Source: Vitrella brassicaformis CCMP3155
Lineage: Eukaryota; Protista; Chromerida
Length of the DNA stretch: 64,000 nucleotides
Assembly: GCA_001179505.1 (NCBI GenBank)
Contig: CDMY01001028.1
Location: 158,928-222,927 of the forward strand
Direction of reading: 5' to 3'
Positions 1 through 11,602 of the stretch are shown here, one piece after another. A program made the position numbers and the translations under genes. The notes beneath the pieces are model-generated. The model was given only the letters and a program-made list of their open reading frames with translations, was not told the DNA's origin and did not search any database. Position 1 is the stretch's first letter, and each line of letters begins with the position of its first letter.

Positions 1-497
1 CGGCCTCTGCTTGCCTCCGAGCAGCAGCCTCCTGTGCCGACACAAAGACACCGTCAAGCCAGTCTCTTCCGGGCCTTTGTCTCGATCTTAATGCGAGTGT
101 ACAGTACCTGAGCTGCTGATCTCAGCATGTCACTGAATTGCTGCCGCACGGCCGCCTCGGCAGCGCCGAGGACGTTGGAGATGGATGCACTGATCTCCAT
201 CTCCTCAACAGGCAGACCTGTGAGGCTCGATTTGCCTTTCATCTTGGGGATGAACTTGGGGCTGGTGTCGACAGGAGTAGGAGGGGGCGGCTTTACAGAG
301 GGAGGGGGCGGCCGCTTGGCTGGCACGGCAATGGTGTGCGGAGGCGGGTCTGTGCTCCTCGTGGTCTGTTGAGCCCCGTGCACCTGACTCAGAGGTCGGA
401 AGCTCATGGGCGGTTCGTCTTGGATGCTTCCGACCTCGACGCTGACGTCGACGCAGATTGGCTCTGCAGGGGTGACAGGCGTCAGCGGCTCTGACAT
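1..497 (-). CDS. Hypothetical proline-rich protein, 3' end runs off the window
   Basis: ATG at 497 (MSEPLTPVTPAEP...PPPSVKPPPPTP...AAEAAVRQQFSDMLRSAAQ). Donor CAG|gtac at 107 and acceptor cacag at 32; the frame continues as EAAARRQAEA to the window edge. Confidence 0.55.
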
Positions 498-611
498 GAT
501 GACCACCGAGACTGCTCGGAGAAACTCGAACACTGCGAGCTCCGAGTCGTTCCACTGGGGGCCTCCTGGTGCGTGCATGCACCCCTCTCCTGCGTTGAAA
601 AGGTCACTGCC

Positions 612-1029
612 ATGCAGCCCTTGCGTACTCGCCCCGACTTCACCCTCGTGCGTAGAGCCGCTGCGAACGAGAAGCAGAGAGACGCCGAGCAGTACGCCCA
701 GAGGCTGGTCAAACAGAACCAAACCACCAAGTGGTTCGAGGCTGGCGTCACCAACGGTGAGCCAAATGCAACCATGGAGGCTGCTGCAGCTCCCGTTTCT
801 GCTTCGGCCCCATTGCATGGACTCCCCCCTCCGTGTGTGTGTATGTTCAGCTCGGCGGATCAACCGCAAGCGTGAAAGCAAGTTTGAGCAGGAGGAGCTG
901 CGCATGGCCAACCAGGAGCTCACTCTTCGGCGGCAGACGAGGCTCAGGCAGCTGTATGAGAGCGAGGCCCAAATGTACGAGGCTGAGCTTGAACAGCGCG
1001 GCCTGGCCATCCAGAGGGAGTACGCATGA
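612..1029 (+). CDS. CFAP141: CFAP141/C1orf189-like small ciliary coiled-coil protein (2 exons)
   Basis: Exons 612-756 and 851-1029, joined by a gtgagc...ttcag intron in phase 1. The C-terminus RRQTRLRQLYESEAQMYEAELEQRGLAIQRE resembles the CFAP141 C-terminal motif as I recall it ([32 protein letters not shown]). Confidence 0.6.
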
Positions 1030-2188
1030 CTGACTGACCATATGGCAGCAGCGGGAGGCATGACAGACACACTACTTGACTTGACAGAATGTATGTATGG
1101 ACGAAATAAGAATAACCCGTTCAGTCTTCAGACAGACAAAACACGAGAGGGGGCAATGCAATCGTCACACATGCACACACCGCACAGCACACGGTGCCAT
1201 GCCATCGATCCAGTCCATCCAATCAGTGGTGTGAATGAGTGCACCCAACCACAAACAATCCTCTCTCGCCCCGTACACCACACCCACCCACCATCCCTCC
1301 AAAATGGCCGGCCCCTCTCGCGCGATACACAGACAGATGGGGAGGGGAGGGAGGGAAGGCATACAGTCAGACAGCCACGTCTTAGTGTTACATAGCGCTC
1401 ACACACGCACACACGCATACACACGCAGCCAGAGGCGAGTGAATGTGACTACTTACTTATCCACAAGCTGGCCTGGCTGCGGGAATGGATCGAGGGGACT
1501 AGAAAGTACAAAAAGAAACATTGAGGGGGGAGGGGGGGGGTGGGGCCATACATACGGTCATTGTCTTGTCTTTTGTTTAAACGGCCCGCCATGCGCCCCA
1601 CATACACACATGATGCGTCCCAGAGGGAGAAACAAGTCATGTGTGGCTGTTCTTGCATCACTGCTAGACGAGAGAGGGGAGGAGACGGGAGTCAGACAGT
1701 CATGCAGACAAAGAGAGAGGTGCACGGGGCAAAGGGAGAAAAATGGGGCTGAGTGGGTCGCGAAGGCACTGCCATTGTTTTTGAGCCATCCATGCGGCTA
1801 GATTGACTGGCTTGACTGCACTCTGTCTCCTCTTGTCTGTCTCGCTTACCTGTACACCCATGCAGCCGACAAGTGAAAGCCGCCAAATTCACCCAGTCAG
1901 CCAGCCAGCCAGTCAGTCAACACAATAGGACGGAGGGAGAAAAATGGAGAAAAATTGGGCCTTTCCTGCTTGTGCTGTGTGTGTGATCCGTCATGCAGCG
2001 TATCCATGCCACGGGGGCATCCATGGGGACAAAAAATAGAGCATCGGCTACCTCCATGCCACATGCGGCTGTCTGTCTGTCTGTCTGCCCATGTCGCCCC
2101 AAGGGCACCAGGCATCGCTTCTCTCTATTCACCTCTCACTCATCGGCAGCCATCGTGTTTGGTGTTCGACAAAGAACCCCACACGCGA

Positions 2189-2218
2189 CCCTGGCTGCTC
2201 AGCTCAGAGCAGCCAGGG
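2189..2218. repeat. Perfect inverted repeat (12-bp stem, 6-nt loop)
   Basis: CCCTGGCTGCTC-AGCTCA-GAGCAGCCAGGG; the two arms are exact reverse complements. Confidence 0.8.
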
Positions 2219-2628
2219 CACCGTGTGGAGCCTCACCTCAAACACCCAACACGAAGCACATCCGAGGGAGACAGAAACGATCAGAAAGGCCAATTCTTCT
2301 GTTCTGCTCTGTTCCCGGTGTTCCGTCAATGCGTGCATCCTGACTAATTCGGGGAAAAGGCAGCACCCAAATGCAAGACAGCATCGGACAGACAGAAGGT
2401 CAAAAAACAAACAACACGGCGGCGCCTTGAACGCCAAAAAGATATACAGTGTCACACAGAAAAGACAAGACAGCCAGCACCTCTCTCACCCCCACCCCCA
2501 GTCAGCCACCGAGATCGACAATTGATTGAAACTCCCCTCAACACACACAACACAACACACGCGCAGACAGCATACATGCAGTCAATGTACATTTACATGC
2601 ATCCATCTTTCCTTTCATGTGCGTCACG

Positions 2629-4624
2629 TCAGGCAGCATTGACCCCCAGCCTGCTCTGGTCCCAGCTGGACAGGTGGGGTATCTCATACTGGCCCCACAT
2701 GACCTGCTCGCCCTCTTCCTGACCCCCGGCCATCGACCCGCTGTCATGGGGTTGCCGCTGCTGCTCGTCGCTCGCGTCGCTCATCATGTCGTCGCCCCCA
2801 TCTGTGTCGTGGGGGCCGCCCGCACCACCAGCGGCACCGGCCATCTGAACGCCGGTCTTGGCCGCCGCATCGGCCATGATGTGGATCATCCTGACGGCTG
2901 AGTTGGCGGCGAGTGGGATCTGGTATGTCAGGGGCAGCCAGCGGTTGAGCAGACCGGGCAGCCATGACATCATGCCCAGAGACAACAGCGGAGGCAGGGA
3001 AGGGGCCACACCTGAATGAGCAAATCCAGGCACGCAGGCATGAATGTGTGACGCTCGAGTTCTCAGGTTGTTGCAGGGGGCTTACCGGCAGCGTATTCCT
3101 CGATAGCTTTGAGTACGGATGTGGCCGCCTCCAGACACGTCATGGCCGACGGGTCCACCTCAGACTGATCGATAAATCGACGAATAAGACACACAAGATG
3201 AAGATTACGAGACCGATCTCTCATGTGGCCTGTCTGGGTTTCTACCTGTATGTGCTGGTTGAGGCCGAACTGCTCCCAGCCGTCAGTCAAAATGGCTGCA
3301 TCCATACATTTTGTACATATGTTTATGTTGCTGTCGGCTCTCTCGTGGTTCCTTCCCTCCATCCCTCCCTCCCTTGCTGCCTGACATGAGGGTTCGACGA
3401 GCATGATCTGCACGGGCGACTCACAGATGTACTGCAGCTCAGAACGCAGCGATGACACAAAACTGCAACACACACAATTTATACATCCATGCACGGAAAC
3501 CTGAGAGTTTTGCGGTATGTGCGTACCCCCTCATGAACATCTTGGTGCCACACGCGGTGCTCATGAGAGGCGTCGGCAAATTCGCAGCGTTCGAACCGAT
3601 AAACACTATGGCACCTGCAACACACCAACAAACAGCAACACCACACCATACCCTACACCGTGTTTGGGGGCCGCCTGTGTGTGAGCGTACGTACCCTTTT
3701 CCTGGTCCATCATGCGAGTGAGTATGCTGTGTGTGAGGCACAGCACGGCCTCCACGCCGATCCTGGCGATCGTCAGGTGCTTGGCGGGTGATGTGGATGC
3801 GAACAGACCCAACGATGCACCGGCAGCATTGTTGACGAGCAATCCTGGCACACACACACACACACACACACAGACAGACAGGGGCATGTGTGTGTGTGTG
3901 TGTGTGTATGAGTGCGTTTGTTGGCTGCCCACGGCACTCACCGACAGACTCATAGGAGGGGACCGTCCTGCTGATGAAGTGCAGCAGCCCCTCGATCTCC
4001 CTAATGTGGCTCAAATCGGCACTGTACACCTCACACACACCACCAGACGCTGTTATCTCGCCCTGCACACACACAACAATACACACATTCGTGTCTTTTC
4101 TTCCTGTACGTATCGTGTCCCCTCCCTGCCGCCCAGGGTACGCACCCGGAGAGTCTGCAGCCGCTGCAGTCTCCTCGCAACAGCTATCACTTTGAACCCA
4201 TGACTGAATCGGATCACACACGAACATGACACACGAGATGAACAGCCGGCTGTTGATTGCCTTCGAGCATCCCTCCCTCCATTGCTTTGCTCACTGCAGA
4301 CTCAGTTGCAGCGCCAATTGCCTCCCAAGACCAGCCGACGCACCCGTGACGATAGCCCACTCTGAAGAACAAAAGGGAGGAGAGGAGCACATCATCACGT
4401 CGTCCGTCAGAGCCTTGTCACAGCCATCCATCACTGCCACCCTTCCCTCCCCCGTCTGTCTGCGTACCTCCCAGTGCCGCGGGCAGGTCACATTGGCGCA
4501 TCAGCTGTCGCCTCCTCCTCTCTCGGGCCAGAGTGCGCCACGCCACCAACCCACAAGCCACCCCTGCGGCTCCGGCGGCACCGGCGAGGGCCAGCGTCGC
4601 CGCAGAGGGCTTCTCAATCGCCAT
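2629..4624 (-). CDS. Short-chain dehydrogenase/reductase (KAR/17-beta-HSD-like), N-terminal membrane anchor, multi-exon
   Basis: N-terminal hydrophobic segment (ATLALAGAAGAAGVACGLVAW), then WAIVTGASAGLG (TGxxxGxG), GFKVIAVARR, LLVNNAAG, GAIVFIGSNAA and PTPLMSTACGTK across spliced exons. Acidic/Gly-rich C-terminal tail ends at TGA 2629. Confidence 0.85.
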
Positions 4625-4778
4625 GGACGGCTCACGCACACTCAACCAACCTCACAAGGCACTGAGGCCTCCAGAAAGACGCGAGGTCTCGTCTATGCGA
4701 GCTTAGGGCCAGCAAAGGGGGTGGTTTAAGGGTAAATTTGTCCGCAAAAGATGGTGGCGAACGATTTGCAGGATTGTG

Positions 4779-6429
4779 ATGTTGGTGGGTAATGCGAGAA
4801 GTGCGAGAAAGAGTGTGCGCTTCCTGTTGACCTTGACTGGCCTCCTGCTGCCCTTGCTGCTGCCTGTTCCTGCGAAGCACCTTCCCACCCGGGTGTTACA
4901 CCTTCACACCACACATCCGCCTCTCTCGTTTGCCCTCAGGAGGTTCCCGCGGATGTCATCCAAGGCGAGTGGCGGTGCGCTGCCGTCCCTTCTCCCATCC
5001 CGCAGCCACATCACCAAGTGGTGATAAATCCGCATACACTCAAGAAGTGGCGTTTCTTGCTTTTCGAATGCTCTGTGATTTGCGTGTGCGTGCAGGGCAT
5101 GGAGGAGCCTCCACACTTGGGGATCACGATGGGCGCTGGCAGCGTCGGCGTACCTGCCCTTCCTGCCGCAGAGCAAGTGTGTCTTCTACTTTGACATCCA
5201 GAAGCCCGTCATTGCACTCACCATCGATGTATGTGAGCCATGCAGAGGGGAGGCGGCATGTGTGTGAGTGGAGTGGCTGGTGTGTGTGGCGTGTTGGGTG
5301 TGCTGTTCAGGATGCGCCAGGCAGTGATGAGTCGGTGAGCTTCCAGCTGCTCGACTGTCTGAAGGACAACGGTGTGAAGGCCACGTTCTTCATCATCTCA
5401 TCTCGTACGCGAGGCAACACCGGCCGGCCATGCATGCCTTGATGCGATGCGCCCATTGTGCGCTCTGTGTGTGTGTGTGTGTGTCTGTGTGTGCAGATGT
5501 GGACGGGCAGGAGTCGGTCGTGAGGCGGATGGTTGAGGACGGTCATGAGCTGGCCAATCATATGACGCACGACAAGCCTGCTCATCGTTTGGACGAGGCG
5601 ACGTTCGAGAGGCTGCTGCTGCAGTGCGAGTCGGTGCTGAATCAGTTCGTGCCTGACTTCAAGGAGAGGCAGCTCAAGTGGTATCGGCCGCCAATGGGAC
5701 TGGCCAGCGAGGTCATGCATCGAGTGCTCGCCAAACACAGATACACATCGGCACTGGTGAGCGACGGAGGCAGGGGGGGAGGGGAGGCGAACATACCCAC
5801 CCTCTCATGTGTGTTGGTGTGCATCTGTTTGTTTGTGTGGACAGGGCGACGTCTATCCCCTGGACGTTAACCTGCAGGAGCATCCCACCTTTTTGCGTGA
5901 CTTCGTCCACGACCACGCCAAGCCGGGCTCGATTGTCATCCTCCATTTCCCCTCGGCCACGTTCAGAGCCGAGAACCTGTGGGTGCTGAAGCAGGTGGTT
6001 CCGCAGCTGACGGCCAAGTTCGAGTGCGTCACCCTGTCAGAGCTGCACGACATCGCCAAGGCAGAGGGGGACAACGGCAGCAACAAACCCCCCACCAAGC
6101 GAGAGAAGGAGACCGTCAGGTCATCCTCCCTGCCCGAGGCCATCGCGTCAGACCCCTCCCTCCTCCACTCAGCACAGTCGGCAATTGATGTCGATGCCGC
6201 CGCTGCTCAGCCCCCCGCCGCCCGCCGTGCGCTCTCGCCCTTCCTGTCATTTCAGTCGATGAGCCGTCTGGGTGTGAACCACAACAGGAAGGCCAAGAAC
6301 AGTACGTCGTCGCGCTCGCCCTCGCCCCAGCTGGCATCGCTTGAGGGTGATCGAGGAGGGGTCGGGGCAGTCGGGTGCTGGCCGCTGGCGCGGAGTGGCA
6401 GCCTTAGAGGCAGAGAGGCGGGGAAGTGA
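4779..6429 (+). CDS. Polysaccharide deacetylase (CE4/NodB homology domain)
   Basis: Spliced motifs IALTID|DAP, VKATFF, GHELANHMTHD, WYRPPMG, GDVYPLD and GSIVILH. The start is either ATG 4779 (hydrophobic leader RFLLTLTGLLLPLLLPVPA) or ATG 4953. Confidence 0.9.
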
Positions 6430-6682
6430 GACGTGCTTCCATCGTGCCTGTGTTGGGGGTGGGGAGAGAGAGTGAGTGGATTTTTCTCGCTTGTTTGTAT
6501 GTGTCTGTCGACTTACTTACTACACTGGGGGCTCTGTTTTCCTTATCTGTACAGTAGCTGCTGCCTTGGACTGTGTGTAGTCGAGCGACGTGTCGAGCGT
6601 GGCGAGATGCGAATTTTCCATCAATCGCGATGTGGAATGACAGGATGGACACGTGACCCTACGGATAGACAGGGATTCAAAC

Positions 6683-7612
6683 ATGCGGCTCCACAAATAT
6701 GTACGCTTTAAGTCTCTCACAGTACCGTCGAGAATTTTCGTGGGAGACGGCCTTTTGAGACTTGTCCAGAACAAGGTAGAAAATTCATTCTACACGTCGC
6801 CCCCTGATTAGCCCCGTCCACGCCGTCTGCTGTTGTTTTCCCAAGCAAGAGCGCGACCAAAGAAGAAGTTTCCCGAGGGGACTCTCACGTGGAGGCGAGT
6901 GCCCGGCGTCTGCCTGATGCTGGTCAAGGTGGACGTGTCTGCCAACCAGGAAAAGCGCACTTTGATCCAGAGACTGCTGCGTCTGAAGGAGAGAATGGTG
7001 GCCGACAAGCACGGAGTGCAATTCTGTGTAAGTCACTCTTACTCGAATAGCGTCTATGACACTTTTGCCTGTGTGCAGACGAGCATCACGGAGGCCTTTG
7101 TTCAGGTGAGCTGTTCACAATCTGAGAGAAGGCGAAGCCTTGCCGCTGGGGAGAGGGATCTCCTGCCGAGCGCGAAAACCTCACGTTCCTGCCACTTGGC
7201 CTCACGTTCTCTGCCGCGACACCGACAGGGAAGAAGCGGCGTGAAGGTGGGAGAGGGGAGCGTGAAGGGGGCGAAACGTGCATCTGCCAGGAGGGCGTTG
7301 GATTCGCTCACGGATAAGGTGAGTCAGATGAGTACACCATTCATGCTTGACACGGTTTTTTGACATTCAGGGTGTGGCCACACTTTCTCGCCACACGAGC
7401 AAGGTCAGCCCGATCGTGACGCGCGAGCAGCTCGTGAGGACGACGCGGTCCAAGAAGCTCAAGGCTCCACCGATGTGTATTACGTTGTGTATTACCGCGA
7501 GAGAACGGGCTGCACCATGGACCTAATCACGGCCATCCACAAGCAAATCCGCTCCGATGTGGTGAATGACATTGTCCCGCTAGTCGACGGCAAAGAGGTA
7601 GAAGCGGACTGA
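6683..7612 (+). CDS. Hypothetical protein; exon phasing of the last exon unresolved
   Basis: ATG 6683, donors at about 6776, 7028 and 7319, with protein-like segments KKKFPEGTLTWRRVPGVCLMLVKVDV and DVYYVVYYRERTGCTMDLITAIHKQIRSD. I could not join all phases cleanly. Confidence 0.35.
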
Positions 7613-7653
7613 GGACAATCATTTCAGACCTATTGCCTTCACCGTGCTCATCG

Positions 7654-8556
7654 ATGGCAAATAGTAAGCTGAAGGAAGCTGAAGGGAGTCCCACCGACAC
7701 GCCGCACTTACTCTACCGCATGCTGTCGTTTTATTTGCCACTGCAGCGAAGTTCGCATCGGTGCAGACGGCCTCGAGGAGCTGTAGAAGACATGACATGT
7801 CTCATCCCAACTTCGCACGAAGGCTTCACCTACCAGGATGGCTCGGGAACGAATGGTGGCCGGAGGCGGATTCTGTCAAGTTTGCCCACACCACAAGCAG
7901 CACAGAAGTTGATTACCTGCATCGAAAGTGGTGAGCAGGTCGAATTCACAAACGGCACACCGCGACACACACGGGATGTTCACTCTTGTTTTGTGTGTGT
8001 GTGTGTGTGGTGTGTGTGTGTTCGTGTGTGAAGTCACGGGCTCCGTCACCACTCAACCGAGAAAGCGCAGATGAGAAATTTCCGACGACTCCAGAGAGGT
8101 ACGAATGTGTATACCCACATGCACACAAAGCGACATCCGAAACATTCGTATTCTCTTATCATCTGTATGTATATGTCTCTTGCATGCAGTAATGAACCTG
8201 CTGACGGAACAGCGGGAATACGCAGAGGTCGAGCGCATCAAGCAGCTGGTGACGCGGCCGGAGCCCGGCACAACGAACATGACGCGCGAATACCACTACG
8301 GAATATCGACTGCGTGCTGGTCAACCGATGGGAGGAAGAGGAGGCGAAAAGAGAGAAGAAGCTGGGTTTCGACGAAGACATGTTCAACCGAATGACGTGG
8401 ACACTATACCAGTGGATGGATGCAGAGCTCCTCTGCGATCAATTTCAACAACAGCGGCTGAAGAAATCCACCAGAGACCTACTCTACCTACACAACATCA
8501 ATTGTGTACTGGTAAGGATGAGGGGCTACCAAGACATCCTAGCGAAGCGCTCTTGA
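7654..8556 (+). pseudogene. Hypothetical gene with apparent 1-nt deletion near 8300
   Basis: Exon 1 ends at a gtgagc donor near 7930. Exon 2 reads VMNLLTEQREYAEVERIKQLVTRPEPG...REYHYG, then the coding-like signal moves to another frame (NIDCVLVNRWEEEEAKREKKLGFDEDMF...NINCVLV..., TGA 8556). Confidence 0.4.
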
Positions 8557-9509
8557 TGTTTCTCTTTTGACATCCGGCAGACGAAGGCATGGCGGCCATG
8601 AGATGATATTCACACGGCGAATTCGACTGCTGCCCGTGCGTATAGATCCATGCCAGTCGTGGGTAGGTAGATACCGACGACATCGGCCCTCACTGACCCT
8701 CACTGAGAGACAGGTACCTGCAATGACAGTTGAATCCATCTTGCGAGCAGACACGCAGATGGATTCAAAAAACGAATGCTGTGTGTCGGTGTCAGATCTC
8801 AAAATCGTTGCCTACATTATATATACATGGCATATTTCCTTCTATCTCTCCGCATCCACCATCGAGTACCGCCAAAACATGGTAACGAGGAACATCAGAT
8901 CGAGAGACGTCAGATCGAGAAGTCTACATGCAAAGTGAGCATCCAACGAGCTTATACGTACGTATGTGAGTAAACGGGGGCTGTGTACTGTATGTGATGT
9001 TCAGTGGGTGAATAGGCCCATGGCCCTCGCCACCGACCCGACCGACGTGTGTGCCTGGAGTCTATGATGTGTGTCCTCTCTGTCTGTATGGTGTGTGATT
9101 TGCCCGAGACAGACACGCAGACAGACAGAGGGACGGGATGGCCTATTTGTTGCTCATGACCAGCCAGCTTCGAGTGATATGAACACAGACCTTATCGAAA
9201 GGATTTAATTGGCATCGCTTCGAAAGCGTGTGGAATGCATGAGTGTGTGTGGAGAGTCGCCACTGCAGTGTGACCATCATTCATCATTCAGTCAATTCTT
9301 AAAACGGTCCATCTCACCCCCCCTCTCCTCTCCTCTCTCCACGTGACAAAAATATGACCTACATACCGACCATCTGCATAATCACTGACGTGACGTCTCT
9401 CCCCCCCTCCTTCTCACTCACATGTCAGACATGACATGGTTGCAGCCATGCCAATGAATGACACATCCCGTTATTTACCCACACGCGGCGTCATGCCGTC
9501 GAAGGTCAG

Positions 9510-11394
9510 TCATATGTTGAGGTTGACAGATATGCCGAGGTTGCCCGGGCCGACCCCGTTGACGAACCCTTGTGGCCCCAGCATGGGCGCCGAGTCGTCG
9601 GGCACACAGGACATCTGGATCTGGGTGCGGCCCTGCTCGTACCGACCCGACAGATTGATGTTCGTGTCGGGGATCCGATACGCCAACCTGCACGCATGGC
9701 ATGCCATGTGAACAGGGAGGGATACATGGTGTGGTGGTTGGTGTCAGTCAGTGAGTGGATCTGCTCACCCGACGTTCCATGGGCTGCCTCCCGCACCCAT
9801 GGCGAACTGCTGTTGGATGGCACGCAGCTGCTGATCCTGCTGCTGCAAGATCTGCGCCAATCCACGCTGCACCGTCATACACACACACACACACGCACAC
9901 ACACAGTCGTCTCGGTGTGCACGTGTATACGTGGGTGTGTGTGTATACCATTTGTTCGGCGAATTTGGATTGTGTCTCGACGACTTTCCTGGATCCCTTG
10001 GCGAGCTCATCGAGGATGTCTTTGAGCTCTGCCGCCTCACTGCCGTACTCCCAATTGCTGTTCTGAACGCATGAATTATCAATCAAAAGAAGCACGTCCG
10101 TCACATGTGAAGATGTGTGCGTGTGAGGTGTGGTGTAGTGCGGTGTGCCTTTGTGCATACCTTCCTCCTGGCTGCCTCTGCTTCGGTGTTGAAGAAGCTC
10201 TGTGCCGTCACCACCGCATCGTAGTCCTTGGTGCCGTCAGCACTGCACACACCACACACACCAGGCAGGCAGGCAGGCAGGTAATCCACGCCCATCACTG
10301 TGCAAGTGTACGTCAGCGTCTGTCACTCACTGACTCACTCACTCACTCACCGCATGGCACTCTTGTACTTCTGCAGAGCCTTGTCGCGCAATATGCGGAG
10401 CTGACAACGACCACAGCAGAGGGGCAACAAGCCAAGATGACGACAACACATACCTTCACCATGCCATGTGTACACCGACCTGTTTGAGGAACACCACATG
10501 AAGCGATGCATCCAGCATCCTCTCAAGCTCCTCAACCTAGACACACAGAGAGGAAGATGCCACCACGGGGTGGTTCGCTCTGCTCAGCCGGGTGCGGTAC
10601 GCCTCTCACTCACCTTTTTGTCCATGAGTGTGGCCTTCTGTTTGGGAGCGCCGCTCGGCAGCTCGCTCCTCAGCTTGGCGACGGCGCTGGCCACCATGGT
10701 GTCGGCCTTGTCGCCCAGGCCGCTGACGACCCCTCCCTTGTCCACCGTCTTGCGCATCTCATCGATCTCTCCAGCACTGTCACTCAGCAGCTTGGACGCA
10801 GTCCTACACACACACACACACACACACACTGCTGGGTACCGAAGGATGGCCTTTGGTGCTCGTGATGACGGACCTGTCACATTGCAGGGCGAAGTCCGCG
10901 ACGCCCTTTGGTGGCTCTGATGGTCCAGGGCTATCGACGTCAGCCAGCCCAGCGGCCAACAGGCCCTCCAAACTACGTGAGCGATGCAGTGAAGACCTGT
11001 GTGGCTGTGGTGATGGTGAGGAGCTCAGTCTTCTCATCAAGGCCTGTCGGAAAGCAAGCAGTGAGAAACATGAGAGAGGATGGATCTATAACAAGTCGTT
11101 CTGCGCACCCGTGGTGAAGGCATGGTGTGTCGTTCTGTTGCTGACGAGAACCAGCAAAGGTGCAGCAGTGCTCCAACGCCCTGCAGAACAGTGCAGACGC
11201 ACAGATGCCGCCATACAGCGCAAACACAGGTGCAGGCGATGAGTGAATGAATCATCCACCCACAGGCAGGCAGCGGGACCGTCCCGCATCCCCACATCAG
11301 TTCCACTGCCCTCCTCTCTCTCTCCGCTCACCACCACGAGCGCAGATCTCCACGGAGAGACCTGCGGTCTCCCAGGCGATGACGAATCCATCAT
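9510..11394 (-). CDS. Hypothetical multi-exon coiled-coil protein with N-terminal hydrophobic segment
   Basis: Phase-consistent exons TASKLLSDSAGEIDEMRK..., VEELERMLDASLHVVFLKQ, LRILRDKALQKYKSAMR, DYDAVVTAQSFFNTEAEAARRK, NSNWEYGSEAAELKDILDELAKG, GLAQILQQQDQQ... and AYRIPDTNINLSGRYEQGRTQIQMSCVPDD...GNLGISVNLNI*. The 5' exons are less certain. Confidence 0.65.
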
Positions 11395-11602
11395 TTTCCG
11401 ATCTGCTTCCTCCTTGCCAGCCTCAAGCACACCGTCGCACGTGACAAGCACCCTGATATCACTGATCTCCCCTGCTCACCTTTCGCCTCGTCTCTGCGAG
11501 CTTAGAACTTGTTTCCCCCACCCCCTCTTTCTCCCTTCCTCCCTCTTCCCCAGTAGGTGTTGCACACGTGGCGACAACAACAACAACTAGCGTGGCGACG
11601 GG

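Noticed and set aside
1030-2628. Protein-coding gene in the CFAP141-SDR gap
   Set aside because: Some splice-like signals exist, but I could not assemble a phase-consistent, coding-like model.
6683-7612. THUMP-domain (Tan1/THUMPD1) identity for this gene
   Set aside because: The resemblance is vague, with segments in different frames or order and no diagnostic motif.
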